Source of the DNA: Zoogloea sp.
Lineage (GTDB): Bacteria > Pseudomonadota > Gammaproteobacteria > Burkholderiales > Rhodocyclaceae
DNA length: 40,023 nucleotides
Assembly (NCBI GenBank): GCA_023150125.1
Contig: JAKLLM010000002.1
Coordinates: forward strand, 1-40,023
Direction of reading: 5' to 3'
The notes beneath the pieces were generated by a model. The model searched no databases. It was not told the DNA's origin and was given only the letters and a program-made list of their open reading frames with translations. The stretch's first letter is position 1; each line of letters starts with the position of its first letter. Positions 20,871 through 30,537 of the stretch are shown here, piece by piece. The translations under genes and the position numbers were made by a program.

Positions 20871-22013
20871 TCAGCTCTCGAGGGCGTCGAGGGCTTCGAA
20901 ATAGCGCGGCATCATGTCCTCGCGCCGGCTCACGTTGATGCCCAGGTCGCGGATCAGGCCGTCCTTGAGGCCGTACACCCAGCCGTGCACGGTGAGCCGC
21001 TGGCCGCGCTTCCAGGCGTCCTGGACGACGATGGTCTGGCACACATTGACCACCTGCTCGATGGTGTTGAGCTCGCACAGGCGGTCGTGGCGCATGTCGG
21101 GCGGCAGCAGGTCGACCCGGCCGACGTGCTTCACGTGCACGTCCTGCACGTGGCGCAGCCACAGGTCGACGAGCCCGACCCGGTCGCGCCGCATGGCCGC
21201 ATTGACGCCGCCGCAGCCGTAGTGGCCGACCACCATGATGTGCTTCACCTTGAGCACGTCCACCGCGTACTGGATCACCGACAGGCAGTTGAGGTCGGTG
21301 TGCACCACCACGTTGGCCACGTTGCGATGCACGAAGACCTCGCCCGGCAGGAGGCCGATGATCTCGTTGGCGGGCACGCGGGAGTCGGAGCAGCCGATCC
21401 ACAGGTACTCGGGCGACTGCAGGTGCGACAGCTTCTCGAAGAAGGTCGGGTCGACCTGGCGCATCCGCCGCGCCCAGGCCAGGTTGTAGTCGAAGAGGTG
21501 GAACAGGTTCTCGTTCTTGACCTCGGACTCCGACCAGTTCTCGAGGTCGAGGGCGAGGAAGAGCGTGCCCTCGACGGGGGTCGGGTAATAGGCCGGCGCC
21601 TCCTTGAAGCCGAGCTCGCGGTAGAGCTTGACGGCGATGCGCATGGCCGGCAGGGTGTCCATCATCACCTTGCGGTAGCCGAGGGCCTTGGCGGCCTTGA
21701 TCGCGGCCAGGGCCAGCTGGCGCCCGATGCCGTTGCCGCGCATGTCCGGCTCGACATACAGCCGCTTCATCTCGCAGACGCCGTCGGAGGACGGGCGGAT
21801 GCCGACGCAGCCGGCCGGCCGGCCCTCGAATTCGGCGAAGAACAGGCGCCCCGCCGGCGCCACATAGGCACCGGGCAGCGAGGCCATCTCCTCACCGAAA
21901 TTCTGGTAGTCCAGATCCACGCCCAGCCAGGCCGCGTAATTGCGGAAGAACTGCCGGACTTGTTCGAGCTCGACGTGGTCGTCGGCCCCAAGAATGCGAA
22001 GCTTTACAGGCAT
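20871..22013 (-). CDS. can: Fusion protein: N-terminal GNAT acetyltransferase plus beta-class carbonic anhydrase
   Basis: The N-half has CEMKRLYV..MRGNGIG and AVKLYRELGF (GNAT). The C-half has WIGCSDSRV, HRNVAN and GHYGCGG (Zn ligands C, D, H, C). One uninterrupted 380-aa ORF. Confidence 0.92.
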   Translation of the reverse strand: MPVKLRILGADDHVELEQVRQFFRNYAAWLGVDLDYQNFGEEMASLPGAYVAPAGRLFFAEFEGRPAGCVGIRPSSDGVCEMKRLYVEPDMRGNGIGRQLALAAIKAAKALGYRKVMMDTLPAMRIAVKLYRELGFKEAPAYYPTPVEGTLFLALDLENWSESEVKNENLFHLFDYNLAWARRMRQVDPTFFEKLSHLQSPEYLWIGCSDSRVPANEIIGLLPGEVFVHRNVANVVVHTDLNCLSVIQYAVDVLKVKHIMVVGHYGCGGVNAAMRRDRVGLVDLWLRHVQDVHVKHVGRVDLLPPDMRHDRLCELNTIEQVVNVCQTIVVQDAWKRGQRLTVHGWVYGLKDGLIRDLGINVSRREDMMPRYFEALDALES

Positions 22014-22202
22014 CGGTCACCCATCCATCGAAACGAAACAACCTGACACGATACCCCTCTCGGGAGTCCGTTTCACGCACCGCGGTATACGGCCCGACCG
22101 ACCGGCGCACCACAGAAACGCCCGGCGAGACGCCGCCCGATGCCATCGGGGACGGCCGCCGGCGCCGCGGAGCCGCACGGCAGGCGGCGCCGGGCGCCCC
22201 GC

Positions 22203-23375
22203 TCAGGCCGTCTCGCTGAAAAGCTCGCGGCCGATCAGCATCCGGCGGATCTCGCTGGTGCCGGCGCCGATCTCGTAGAGCTTGGCGTCGCGCCACAGGC
22301 GGCCGGTGGCGTAGTCGTTGGTGTAGCCGACGCCGCCGAGGGTCTGGATCGCCTCGCCGGCCATCCAGGTGGCCTTTTCGGCGGAGTAGAGGATCGCGCC
22401 GGCGGCGTCCTTGCGCAGGGTGCGGGCGTGGTCGGCGCGGTCGCAGGCCTGGCCGACCGCGTACACATAGGCGCGGGTCGCCATCCAGGTGCTGTACATG
22501 TCGGCGAGCTTGCCCTGCATCAGCTGGAACTCGCCGATGCTCTGGCCGAACTGCTTGCGCTCGTGGAGATAGGGCACCACGATGTCCATGCACGCCGCCA
22601 TGATCCCCAGCGGGCCGCCGCACAGCACCGCGCGCTCGTAGTCGAGGCCGCTCATCAGCACCTTGGTGCCGTTGCCGACGCCGCCGAGCACGTTTTCTTC
22701 GGGGATCTCGCAGTCGTCGAAGAACAGCGGATAGGTGTTGGAGCCGCGCATCCCCAGCTTGTCGAGGTGGCTGCCGTGGCTGAAGCCCTTGAAGCCCTTC
22801 TCGACGATGAAGGCGGTCATGCCCTTGGCGCCGGCGTCCGGGTCGGTCTTGGCGTAAACAACCAAGGTGTCGGCGTCGCCGCCGTTGGTGATCCACATCT
22901 TGGCGCCGTTGAGAACGTAGCGGTCGCCCTTCTTGTCGGCGCGCAGCTTCATGCTGACCACGTCGGAGCCGGCGTTGGGCTCGCTCATCGCCAGCGCGCC
23001 GATGTGGTCGCCGGAGATCAGCTTGGGCAGGTATTTCTGCTTCTGGGCTTCGGTGCCGTTGCGGCGGATCTGGTTGATGCACAGGTTGGAGTGGGCGCCA
23101 TACGAGAGGCCCACCGACGCCGAGGCGCGGGAGACTTCTTCGAGGGCGATGATGTGGGCCAGGTAGCCCATGTTGGTGCCGCCGTATTCCTCGGGGGCGG
23201 TCATGCCGTGCAGGCCGAGGTCGCCGAGCTTCTTCCAGAGGTCGGCCGGGAACAGGTTGTCCCGGTCGACGTCGGCGGCGCGCGGGGCGATCTCCTTGGC
23301 GGCAAAGGCCTGCACGGTGTCGCGCAGGGCCTCGATGGTTTCGCCCAAATGAAAATCAAGGCTGGGAATATGCAT
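22203..23375 (-). CDS. liuA: Isovaleryl-CoA dehydrogenase
   Basis: [35 protein letters not shown] and [13 protein letters not shown]. Confidence 0.96.
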   Translation of the reverse strand: MHIPSLDFHLGETIEALRDTVQAFAAKEIAPRAADVDRDNLFPADLWKKLGDLGLHGMTAPEEYGGTNMGYLAHIIALEEVSRASASVGLSYGAHSNLCINQIRRNGTEAQKQKYLPKLISGDHIGALAMSEPNAGSDVVSMKLRADKKGDRYVLNGAKMWITNGGDADTLVVYAKTDPDAGAKGMTAFIVEKGFKGFSHGSHLDKLGMRGSNTYPLFFDDCEIPEENVLGGVGNGTKVLMSGLDYERAVLCGGPLGIMAACMDIVVPYLHERKQFGQSIGEFQLMQGKLADMYSTWMATRAYVYAVGQACDRADHARTLRKDAAGAILYSAEKATWMAGEAIQTLGGVGYTNDYATGRLWRDAKLYEIGAGTSEIRRMLIGRELFSETA

Positions 23376-23520
23376 GGGTGGGTCTCCTCTCGTGCGTCTG
23401 TTTTTATGGGACTGCTCCGCCAGCTACTTTAACCCCGAAGGAAGAACGCATGGCGGCGGTGTTTTTTCTTCGTCCGGTGGCGGCTCGCCATTCAGGCAGC
23501 TTGGCTTGCCGACGCCGTTT

Positions 23521-23544
23521 TGTTACGTTTACGTAAACGTAAAC
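23521..23544. promoter_or_regulatory. LiuR operator (palindromic TTTACGTwwACGTAAA box) upstream of liuA
   Basis: GTTTACGTAAACGTAAAC at 23527-23544, overlapping a second copy TGTTACGTTTACGTAAAC at 23521-23538; between liuR and liuA. Confidence 0.88.
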
Positions 23545-23559
23545 CAACCACCAAAAAAA

Positions 23560-24003
23560 TCAAGTGTTCTCGTTGAGCTTCACGCGGGCGACGAGCTCGG
23601 CGCGGGCCTCGGCGGCACCGGCGGGGTTCTCGGCCAGCAGGGCGCGGCACTGGCGCTCGAGCATGCCGATTTCGTCGAGCACCGCGACGATGTCCTCGCG
23701 CTGCTGCTCGAGGGCGCGACGGCGCTCGTCGAGCACATCGACGAAACGCTTCAGCTGGGGCACCGAATTGCGCACCCCGTCGTACATGCCGATCAGCTCG
23801 CCGATCTCGGCCAGCGACAGGCCGAGGCGCTTGCCGCGCAGGATCAGGCGCAGGCTGGTACGGTCGCGCTTGGAGTAGATGCGTTTGCTGCCGGCCCGCT
23901 CCGGCGAAAGGAGGCCTTCACCCTCGTAGAAACGGATCGCCCGCGGGGTAATCCCGAACTCGCGGGCAAGATCGCTGATGGTGTAGGTTTGTTGCTGGCT
24001 CAT
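23560..24003 (-). CDS. liuR: MerR-family regulator LiuR
   Basis: YTISDLAREFGITPRAIRFYE..GLL.P.R and LILRGKRLGLSLAEI; adjacent to liuA and a LiuR box. Confidence 0.9.
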   Translation of the reverse strand: MSQQQTYTISDLAREFGITPRAIRFYEGEGLLSPERAGSKRIYSKRDRTSLRLILRGKRLGLSLAEIGELIGMYDGVRNSVPQLKRFVDVLDERRRALEQQREDIVAVLDEIGMLERQCRALLAENPAGAAEARAELVARVKLNENT

Positions 24004-24117
24004 GGATCGGATCAGATCGGGCGTATGCCCGGCGGCGGTCGACAGGCGGGCCAGTTAATCAGATTTCGGCGGCACGGGCAACGCGCCGCCGATGCACAAC
24101 AACAAGCAGGAGAACAG

Positions 24118-25140
24118 ATGCCCCCCGAACTCGAATACCCCTTCCCCACCCTGCCGGCCCCCGGCGAGACCATAACGGTCGCCCCCGGCGTGCACTGGAT
24201 CAGGATGACCCTGCCCTTCGCCCTCAACCACAACAACCTGTGGCTGCTCGACGACGGCGAGGGCGTGGCGATCGTCGACACCGGCTACGACATCGACAGC
24301 ACCCGCGAAGCCTGGGACGCCATCCACGGCCGCCTCGGCAAGCCGGTGACGCGGATCATCGTCACCCACTACCACCCCGACCACCTGGGCCTGGCCCAGT
24401 GGCTGGCCGAGCGCACCGGCGCCAAGGTGAGCATGAGCCTGGGCGAGTTCCTGGCCGGCCACGCCGTCTGGAACGCCCTGCCCGGCTACAACGAGACCGA
24501 CATGGTGGCCCAGTTCCGCCGCAACGGCCTCGACGAGGAGCGCTGCCAGGCCTTCGTGAGCCGCGGCAACGCCTACCGGCGCGGCGTGCCCTCGCTGCCG
24601 TCCAGCTACCGGCGTCTCTACGGCGGCGACCGCCTCGCCATCGGCGGGCGCGAATGGGAGGTGATCACCGGCTACGGCCACTCGCCCGAGCACAGCTCGC
24701 TGTGGTGCGCCGAGGCCAATGTGCTGATTTCCGGCGACATGCTGCTGCCGCGCATCTCCACCAACGTCAGCGTTTTTGCCGCCGCGCCGGATGACGATCC
24801 GCTGGGCCGTTTCCTGGCCTCGATCCGCGGTTTCGAGCGATTGCCTGAAGCATCTCTCGTGCTACCATCCCACGGTAATCCGTTCCGTAACATCGGCTTG
24901 CGCGTGGCGCAACTGATCGAGCACCACGATGCCCGATGCACGGAATTGCTTGCGGCCTGCGCCGAACCACGCAGCGCCGGGGAGCTTCTGAGCACGCTCT
25001 TCCCGCGCCAGCTGGATACGCACCAGGTCATGTTCGCCATGGGAGAGGCGATCGCCCACCTGAACCATCTCGAGCACAAGGGAGACGTGCGAAAGGTTGA
25101 GGGGATCGATGGCGTTGTCCGTTTCGTCAAAAGCAATTAA
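24118..25140 (+). CDS. Metallo-beta-lactamase fold hydrolase
   Basis: AGGAG RBS; VDTG, THYHPDH, GHSPEH, SGDMLLP and LPSHG. Confidence 0.9.
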   Translation: MPPELEYPFPTLPAPGETITVAPGVHWIRMTLPFALNHNNLWLLDDGEGVAIVDTGYDIDSTREAWDAIHGRLGKPVTRIIVTHYHPDHLGLAQWLAERTGAKVSMSLGEFLAGHAVWNALPGYNETDMVAQFRRNGLDEERCQAFVSRGNAYRRGVPSLPSSYRRLYGGDRLAIGGREWEVITGYGHSPEHSSLWCAEANVLISGDMLLPRISTNVSVFAAAPDDDPLGRFLASIRGFERLPEASLVLPSHGNPFRNIGLRVAQLIEHHDARCTELLAACAEPRSAGELLSTLFPRQLDTHQVMFAMGEAIAHLNHLEHKGDVRKVEGIDGVVRFVKSN

Positions 25141-25154
25141 CAAGGAGAGCCACA

Positions 25155-26981
25155 ATGGCTGCGCCCGAAAGAGAAACTACCAAATCCGAACTGCCGGACC
25201 CCAAAGAAGTCGCCAAGACCTACGCCGAAGTCGCACAACGGGCCTCCAAGCTGCTGTCTGACCACATCCAGAAGCAGGTCAAGAAGGGCATCAGCGCCCC
25301 GGCCGACGAACTCGGCATCGCCCAGGCCTTCATGGACATGATGGGCAAGCTGCTGGCCAACCCCTATCGCCTCGCCCAGGCCCAGATGAACCTGGTGTGG
25401 GACTACTTCTCCCTGTGGCAGCACTCGATGATGCGCTTCTCGGGCATGACCCCGAGCGCACCGATCGCCGCCCCCGACAAGAGCGACAAGCGCTTCAAGG
25501 ACGAAGAGTGGCAGGAACACTTCCTGTTCGACTTCATCAAGCAGTCCTACCTGATCACCGCCCGCCACATCCACGACACCGTGTCGTCGGTGGACGGCCT
25601 CGACGACCAGTCGCAAAAGAAGGTCAGCTTCTACACCCGCCAGTACATCGACGCCCTGTCGCCGTCCAACTTCGCGCTGACCAACCCGGAAGTCTTCCGC
25701 GAGACGGTCAAGAGCCACGGCCAGAACCTGATCAAGGGCCTCAACAACCTGCTGCGCGACGTCGAAGAAGGTGACGGCAACCTGCGCGTCAAGATGACCG
25801 ACACCACCGCCTTCGAGCTGGGCAAGAACGTTGCCACCACGCCGGGCAAGGTCGTCTTCCAGACCGACATGATGCAGCTGCTGCAATACACGCCGAGCAC
25901 CCCGGACGCCCTCAAGCGCCCGCTGCTGATCGTGCCGCCGTGGATCAACAAGTTCTACATCCTCGACCTGCGCGAGAAGAACTCCTACATCAAGTGGTGC
26001 GTGGACCAGGGCCATACCGTGTTCGTGATCTCCTGGGTCAACCCGGACGAGCGCCTGGCCGAGAAGAGCTTCGACGCCTACCTGCTCGAAGGCACCCTGG
26101 CCGCCATCGACGCCATCTGCGACCAGACCGGCGCCAAGGAAATCAACGCAGCCGGCTACTGCCTGGGCGGCACCCTGCTCGCCACCACGCTGGCCTACAT
26201 GGCCGCCAAGAAGGACAAGCGGATCGCCTCCGGCACCTTCTTCACCACCATGACCGACTTCGCCGATCCGGGCGAACTGTCCGTCTTCATCGACGAAGGC
26301 CAGATCAACAGCCTCGAGAAGAAGATGTTCGAGCGCGGCTACCTCGAAGGCTCCGAGATGGCCGGCACCTTCAGCATGCTGCGCGCCAACGACCTGATCT
26401 GGTCCTTCGTGGTGAACAACTACCTGATGGGCAAGGATCCCTTCCCCTTCGACCTGCTGTTCTGGAACTCCGATTCCACCCGCATGCCGGCGAAGATGCA
26501 CAGCTTCTACCTGCGCAACATGTACCTCAAGAACCTGCTCAAGGAGCCGGGTGGCATCGAGGTCGCAGGCGTGCCCATCGACCTCTCCAAGATCAAGGTC
26601 CCGACCTACTTCATCTCCGCCATCGAAGACCACATCGCCCCGTGGAAGAGCACCTACTCCGGCGCCCTCAACTTCGGTGGCAACGTGCGCTTCGTGCTGG
26701 GCGGCTCCGGCCACATCGCCGGCATCGTCAACCCGCCGGTGGCCAACAAGTATGGCTACTGGACCAACCCGGGCAGCAAGCTCCCCGCCACCGCCGACGA
26801 GTTCTTCGCCGGTGCCGAGCAGCACCCGGGCTCCTGGTGGACCGACTGGCAGGCCTGGCTGCTGGCCCAGGACGACACCAAGGTGCCGGCCCGCGACCCC
26901 GTCAAGGGCACCCTGAAGGTCCTCGAGGACGCACCGGGTTCCTTCGTCAAGGCTCGCCTCGGCAGCAAGGAAGCCGCGTAA
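25155..26981 (+). CDS. phaC: Class I poly(3-hydroxyalkanoate) synthase
   Basis: PPWINKFYILDL, lipase box GYCLGG, EDHIAPW, SGHIAG and GSWW. Confidence 0.97.
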   Translation: MAAPERETTKSELPDPKEVAKTYAEVAQRASKLLSDHIQKQVKKGISAPADELGIAQAFMDMMGKLLANPYRLAQAQMNLVWDYFSLWQHSMMRFSGMTPSAPIAAPDKSDKRFKDEEWQEHFLFDFIKQSYLITARHIHDTVSSVDGLDDQSQKKVSFYTRQYIDALSPSNFALTNPEVFRETVKSHGQNLIKGLNNLLRDVEEGDGNLRVKMTDTTAFELGKNVATTPGKVVFQTDMMQLLQYTPSTPDALKRPLLIVPPWINKFYILDLREKNSYIKWCVDQGHTVFVISWVNPDERLAEKSFDAYLLEGTLAAIDAICDQTGAKEINAAGYCLGGTLLATTLAYMAAKKDKRIASGTFFTTMTDFADPGELSVFIDEGQINSLEKKMFERGYLEGSEMAGTFSMLRANDLIWSFVVNNYLMGKDPFPFDLLFWNSDSTRMPAKMHSFYLRNMYLKNLLKEPGGIEVAGVPIDLSKIKVPTYFISAIEDHIAPWKSTYSGALNFGGNVRFVLGGSGHIAGIVNPPVANKYGYWTNPGSKLPATADEFFAGAEQHPGSWWTDWQAWLLAQDDTKVPARDPVKGTLKVLEDAPGSFVKARLGSKEAA

Positions 26982-27001
26982 GCCACGCAGGCACCGATCC
27001 G

Positions 27002-27030
27002 GAAGGGGGCTTCGGCCCCCTTCTTTTTTT
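27002..27030 (+). terminator. Rho-independent terminator after phaC
   Basis: GAAGGGGGC-TTCG-GCCCCCTTC followed by a T-run. Confidence 0.9.
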
Positions 27031-27055
27031 GTCCCGACACCTCCCAAGCCCCACC

Positions 27056-27526
27056 GTGGCCACCTCCCTCGAAACGCCCTTGCCCGCCGGGCTGCCCGTC
27101 GTGCTCGACACCAACGCCGTGCTGTCCTTGTGGATGTTCGAAGACCCCGCCCTCGCCCGGCTGCGCGCCGCCATCGAAGGGGGCGCCTTCACGCTGTTCA
27201 CCCGCGACGACTGCCTCGGAGAACTCGCCCGCGTGCTTGCCTACAGCCAGTTCAGGCAGACGCCCGAACGCCAGGCCGAAATCGCCGCAGCCTACCGGGC
27301 CCGCTGCACCCTGGTGCCGGCCTGCGAGGCACCCACCTGCGAGCTGCCCGCCTGCCTCGACCGGGACGACCAGAAGTTTCTCGAGCTGGCCCGCGACAGC
27401 GGCGCCCGGGCCCTCCTGACCCGCGACAAGCTGGTGCTCAAGTTGGGCCGCCGCCCGGTGATTGCCGCGCGCTTCGCGATCCTCACCCCCGAGCGCCTGC
27501 AGTCACTGCTGGCGCCGCAGATCTGA
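27056..27526 (+). CDS. PIN-domain protein (putative toxin/nuclease family)
   Basis: VVLDTN, EL.RVLAY, C.DRDDQKFLELA and LLTRDK; GTG start inferred. Confidence 0.82.
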   Translation: MATSLETPLPAGLPVVLDTNAVLSLWMFEDPALARLRAAIEGGAFTLFTRDDCLGELARVLAYSQFRQTPERQAEIAAAYRARCTLVPACEAPTCELPACLDRDDQKFLELARDSGARALLTRDKLVLKLGRRPVIAARFAILTPERLQSLLAPQI

Positions 27527-27616
27527 CATCAATGACACAATAGTTTGCATTTCATGCCACAGGCTTACTTCAACTCTGGCTAGACTGGGTTCAACCCATT
27601 CTGAGGAGTATCCGTC

Positions 27617-28435
27617 ATGCCATCCACACTGGATTTCGATCTGGGCAATCTCGTCACCACCTATCTCCTGCCGCTCGGCTGGAAGATCGCCGGCGCCATC
27701 CTGCTGTGGGTCGTCGGCGGCTGGGTGATCAACCTCGTCGGCAACCTGTCGAGCCGCGGCATGACCCGCCAGAAGGTCGAGCCGACCCTCATCCGCTACG
27801 TCGAGGCAACGCTGCGGGTCGTCATGCGCATCGTGCTGGTGATCGTCATCCTGTCGGTGTTCGGCATCGAGACGACAAGCTTCGCCGCCCTCCTCGCCGC
27901 CGCCGGCATCGCCATTGGCGCCGCCTGGAGCGGTCTGCTGGCCAACTTTGCCGCGGGCGCCTTCCTGATCATCCTGCGCCCTTTCAAGGTCGGTGACTTC
28001 ATCAGCGGCGGCGGCATCACCGGCACGGTCCGCGAGATCGGCCTGTTCGCCACCACCATCGACCAGCCCGACAACGTGCGCACCACCATCGGCAACAACA
28101 AGCTGTTCGCCGACAACATCGTGAACTTCAGCGCCAATTCCGCCCGCCGGGTGGACCTCACCGCGCAGCTCGCCCACAGCGTCGACCCGCAGCAGGCCAT
28201 GACGCTGATCCGCACCCGCATCGCCCAGATCCCCAACGTGCTCACCGACCCGGCGCCCGACGTCGAGATCCTCGAGTTCAACGCCGCCGGCACCAAGCTG
28301 GTGGTGCGCCCCTACTGCCACAACGACCACTACTGGCAAGTCTATTTCGACACCAACAAGGCCCTGGCCGAAGTCGGTGGCGCCAACAACTGGCCGATCC
28401 CGGCCCCGCACCAGGTGCTGCGCCAGCCTTCCTGA
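27617..28435 (+). CDS. mscS: Small-conductance mechanosensitive channel
   Basis: Three TM helices, AAGIAIG.A.SG.LANFAAG, RPFKVGDFI and GTVREIGLFAT. Confidence 0.9.
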   Translation: MPSTLDFDLGNLVTTYLLPLGWKIAGAILLWVVGGWVINLVGNLSSRGMTRQKVEPTLIRYVEATLRVVMRIVLVIVILSVFGIETTSFAALLAAAGIAIGAAWSGLLANFAAGAFLIILRPFKVGDFISGGGITGTVREIGLFATTIDQPDNVRTTIGNNKLFADNIVNFSANSARRVDLTAQLAHSVDPQQAMTLIRTRIAQIPNVLTDPAPDVEILEFNAAGTKLVVRPYCHNDHYWQVYFDTNKALAEVGGANNWPIPAPHQVLRQPS

Positions 28436-28455
28436 CACCTTCACGCACCGCCAGC

Positions 28456-28483
28456 CAGCGCCCACCCCTTGCGGTGGGCGTTG
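28456..28483. terminator. Hairpin between convergent genes (possible bidirectional terminator)
   Basis: CAGCGCCCACC / GGTGGGCGTTG stem. Confidence 0.5.
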
Positions 28484-28484
28484 T

Positions 28485-29312
28485 TCATTCCAGGCCCGCG
28501 AGCTTGCGGCGCAGCGCCGCCAGATAGCGCAAGCCGGCCGCCGCCCGGCTGCCGTACCAGGACGCCATCTCCCCATCCACCAGACAGGCCGGCCGGCCCG
28601 CCGCCGCCTCGACCTCCGCCAGGTGCCGGTCGCGGAAGCGGTAGGGCTCGGACGACAACAGCACGCGGCTCACCTCCGCCAACCACGGCGCATCCCACTC
28701 GAAGGCCGGATAGCGTGGCTCCACCTCCGGCGGCCAGCTGTCCCAGCCGACCGCAGCCAGGGTCGCCGAAATGTAGGTGCTGCGCGCCACCGTCATCCAG
28801 GGCTCCCGCCAGATCAGGTACAAGACCTTCTCGCGGGGCAGGCTCGCACCGGCCTGGTGTGCCTCGTCGAGGGCCGCACACAGGTCCGACGCCAGTGCCG
28901 CGGCCTCCGCCTGTCGCCCGAAGATGCCGCCCAGCAGGCGATAGACCTCCAGGTTGTCTTCCGGGGTGCACGGGTGGGTGACGATCACGTGGGGCACGAA
29001 GCTGGCGATCTCCTCGGCGCAGTCGCGACGGTTTTCGTCGATGTTCACGATCACGTGGGTCGGCGCCAGCTCGCGCAGGCGCTCGAGGTTCACGTCCTTG
29101 GTGCCGCCCACCTTCGGCACCCGCCGCAGGGCCTCCTTCGGATGGATGCAGAAACCGGTACGCCCGACCAGCTGGTCCGTCAGCCCCAGGTCGCACACCA
29201 ACTCGGTCAGCGAGGGCACCAGCGACACGATGCGGGCAGGCCCGGCGTGGGCCCGATGGATCTGCCCGGCCGCATCGGCCCAGGCATCTTGCGAAGTATT
29301 GATCGTCATCAT
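28485..29312 (-). CDS. Helical-backbone metal receptor (BtuF/cobalamin-binding-like) protein
   Basis: RIVSLVPSLTE, VGGTKD, YLIWREPWMT, LLSSEPYRF and DGEMASWYG. Confidence 0.85.
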   Translation of the reverse strand: MMTINTSQDAWADAAGQIHRAHAGPARIVSLVPSLTELVCDLGLTDQLVGRTGFCIHPKEALRRVPKVGGTKDVNLERLRELAPTHVIVNIDENRRDCAEEIASFVPHVIVTHPCTPEDNLEVYRLLGGIFGRQAEAAALASDLCAALDEAHQAGASLPREKVLYLIWREPWMTVARSTYISATLAAVGWDSWPPEVEPRYPAFEWDAPWLAEVSRVLLSSEPYRFRDRHLAEVEAAAGRPACLVDGEMASWYGSRAAAGLRYLAALRRKLAGLE

Positions 29313-29406
29313 GCAAGTATCTCAGGGCCTCGGCCCTAATGGGAACGTGCGGCGGCGAGTCGACTCTCAGCCAAGCAAGGCCAGCCCATCCACCACGGAG
29401 GAAATC

Positions 29407-30522
29407 ATGAAGATAGGCGTCCCGAAAGAAACCAAGAACCATGAATACCGGGTCGGGCTCACCCCCGGCGCCGTGCGCGAGGTCGTCTCCCACGGGCACG
29501 GGGTGATCGTCGAGTCCGGCGCTGGGCTGGGGATAGGCGCCAGCGACGCCGACTACCAGCAGGCCGGCGCCGAGCTGGCGGGCAGCGCCGAGGCGGTGTT
29601 CGATGCGGCCGAGATGATCGTCAAGGTCAAGGAGCCGCTGCCCGAAGAATCCGCCCGCCTCAGGCCCGATCACCTGCTGCTCACCTACCTGCACCTGGCC
29701 GCCAACCCGGCCCTGGCCGACGAGCTCCTCGAGCGCAAGATCACCGCGATCGCCTACGAGACCGTCACCGCCCCCGGCGGTGGCCTGCCCTTGCTGGCGC
29801 CGATGTCGGAAGTTGCCGGCCGCATGAGCATCCAGGCGGGCGCCGCGGCCCTCGAAAAATCCCGCGGCGGGCGCGGCGTGCTGCTCGGCGGCGTGCCGGG
29901 CGTCGAGCCGGGGCGGGTGCTGGTGCTGGGCGGCGGCACGGTGGGCAACAATGCCGCGCACACCGCCGTCGGCATCGGGGCCGACGTGACGGTGATCGAC
30001 AAGTCCCTCGCAGTGCTGCGCCACCTCGACGAAATCTACGGCGGCCGGGTCAAGACGCTCTACGCCACCCGCGACGACATCGAGCGCCTGCTGATGCAGG
30101 CCGACCTGGTGATCGGCGCGGTGCTGATCCCCGGCGCCACCGCGCCCAAGCTGGTCACCCGCGACATGCTGGCCCGCATGAAACCCGGCGCGGTGATCGT
30201 GGACGTGGCCATCGACCAGGGCGGCTGCTTCGAGACCTCCCGGCCGACCACCCACGCCGACCCCACCTTCGTGGTCGATGGCGTGGTGCATTACTGCGTC
30301 GCCAACATGCCCGGCGCGGTCGCCCGCACCGCCACCTACGCCCTCAACGCGGCAACCCTGCCCTACATCCTGACCCTGGCCGACAAGGGCTGGAAGGATG
30401 CCCTGAAGGACGACGCCGGGCTGCGGGCCGGCCTCAACGTGTGCAACGGGCAGGTGACCCACCCGCAGGTGGCTGCTTCGCTGGGCCGCAAGTACCTGCC
30501 GGCGATCACACAGCTTGCCTGA
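29407..30522 (+). CDS. ald: Alanine dehydrogenase
   Basis: [44 protein letters not shown] and VANMPGAV; GGAGG RBS. Confidence 0.96.
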   Translation: MKIGVPKETKNHEYRVGLTPGAVREVVSHGHGVIVESGAGLGIGASDADYQQAGAELAGSAEAVFDAAEMIVKVKEPLPEESARLRPDHLLLTYLHLAANPALADELLERKITAIAYETVTAPGGGLPLLAPMSEVAGRMSIQAGAAALEKSRGGRGVLLGGVPGVEPGRVLVLGGGTVGNNAAHTAVGIGADVTVIDKSLAVLRHLDEIYGGRVKTLYATRDDIERLLMQADLVIGAVLIPGATAPKLVTRDMLARMKPGAVIVDVAIDQGGCFETSRPTTHADPTFVVDGVVHYCVANMPGAVARTATYALNAATLPYILTLADKGWKDALKDDAGLRAGLNVCNGQVTHPQVAASLGRKYLPAITQLA

Positions 30523-30537
30523 AGTGGCTCGGGCGCC

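Noticed and set aside
24070-24097. sigma54 promoter upstream of the MBL gene (CGGCACGGGCAACGC)
   Set aside because: Poor -12 element (ACGC rather than TTGC); not supportable.
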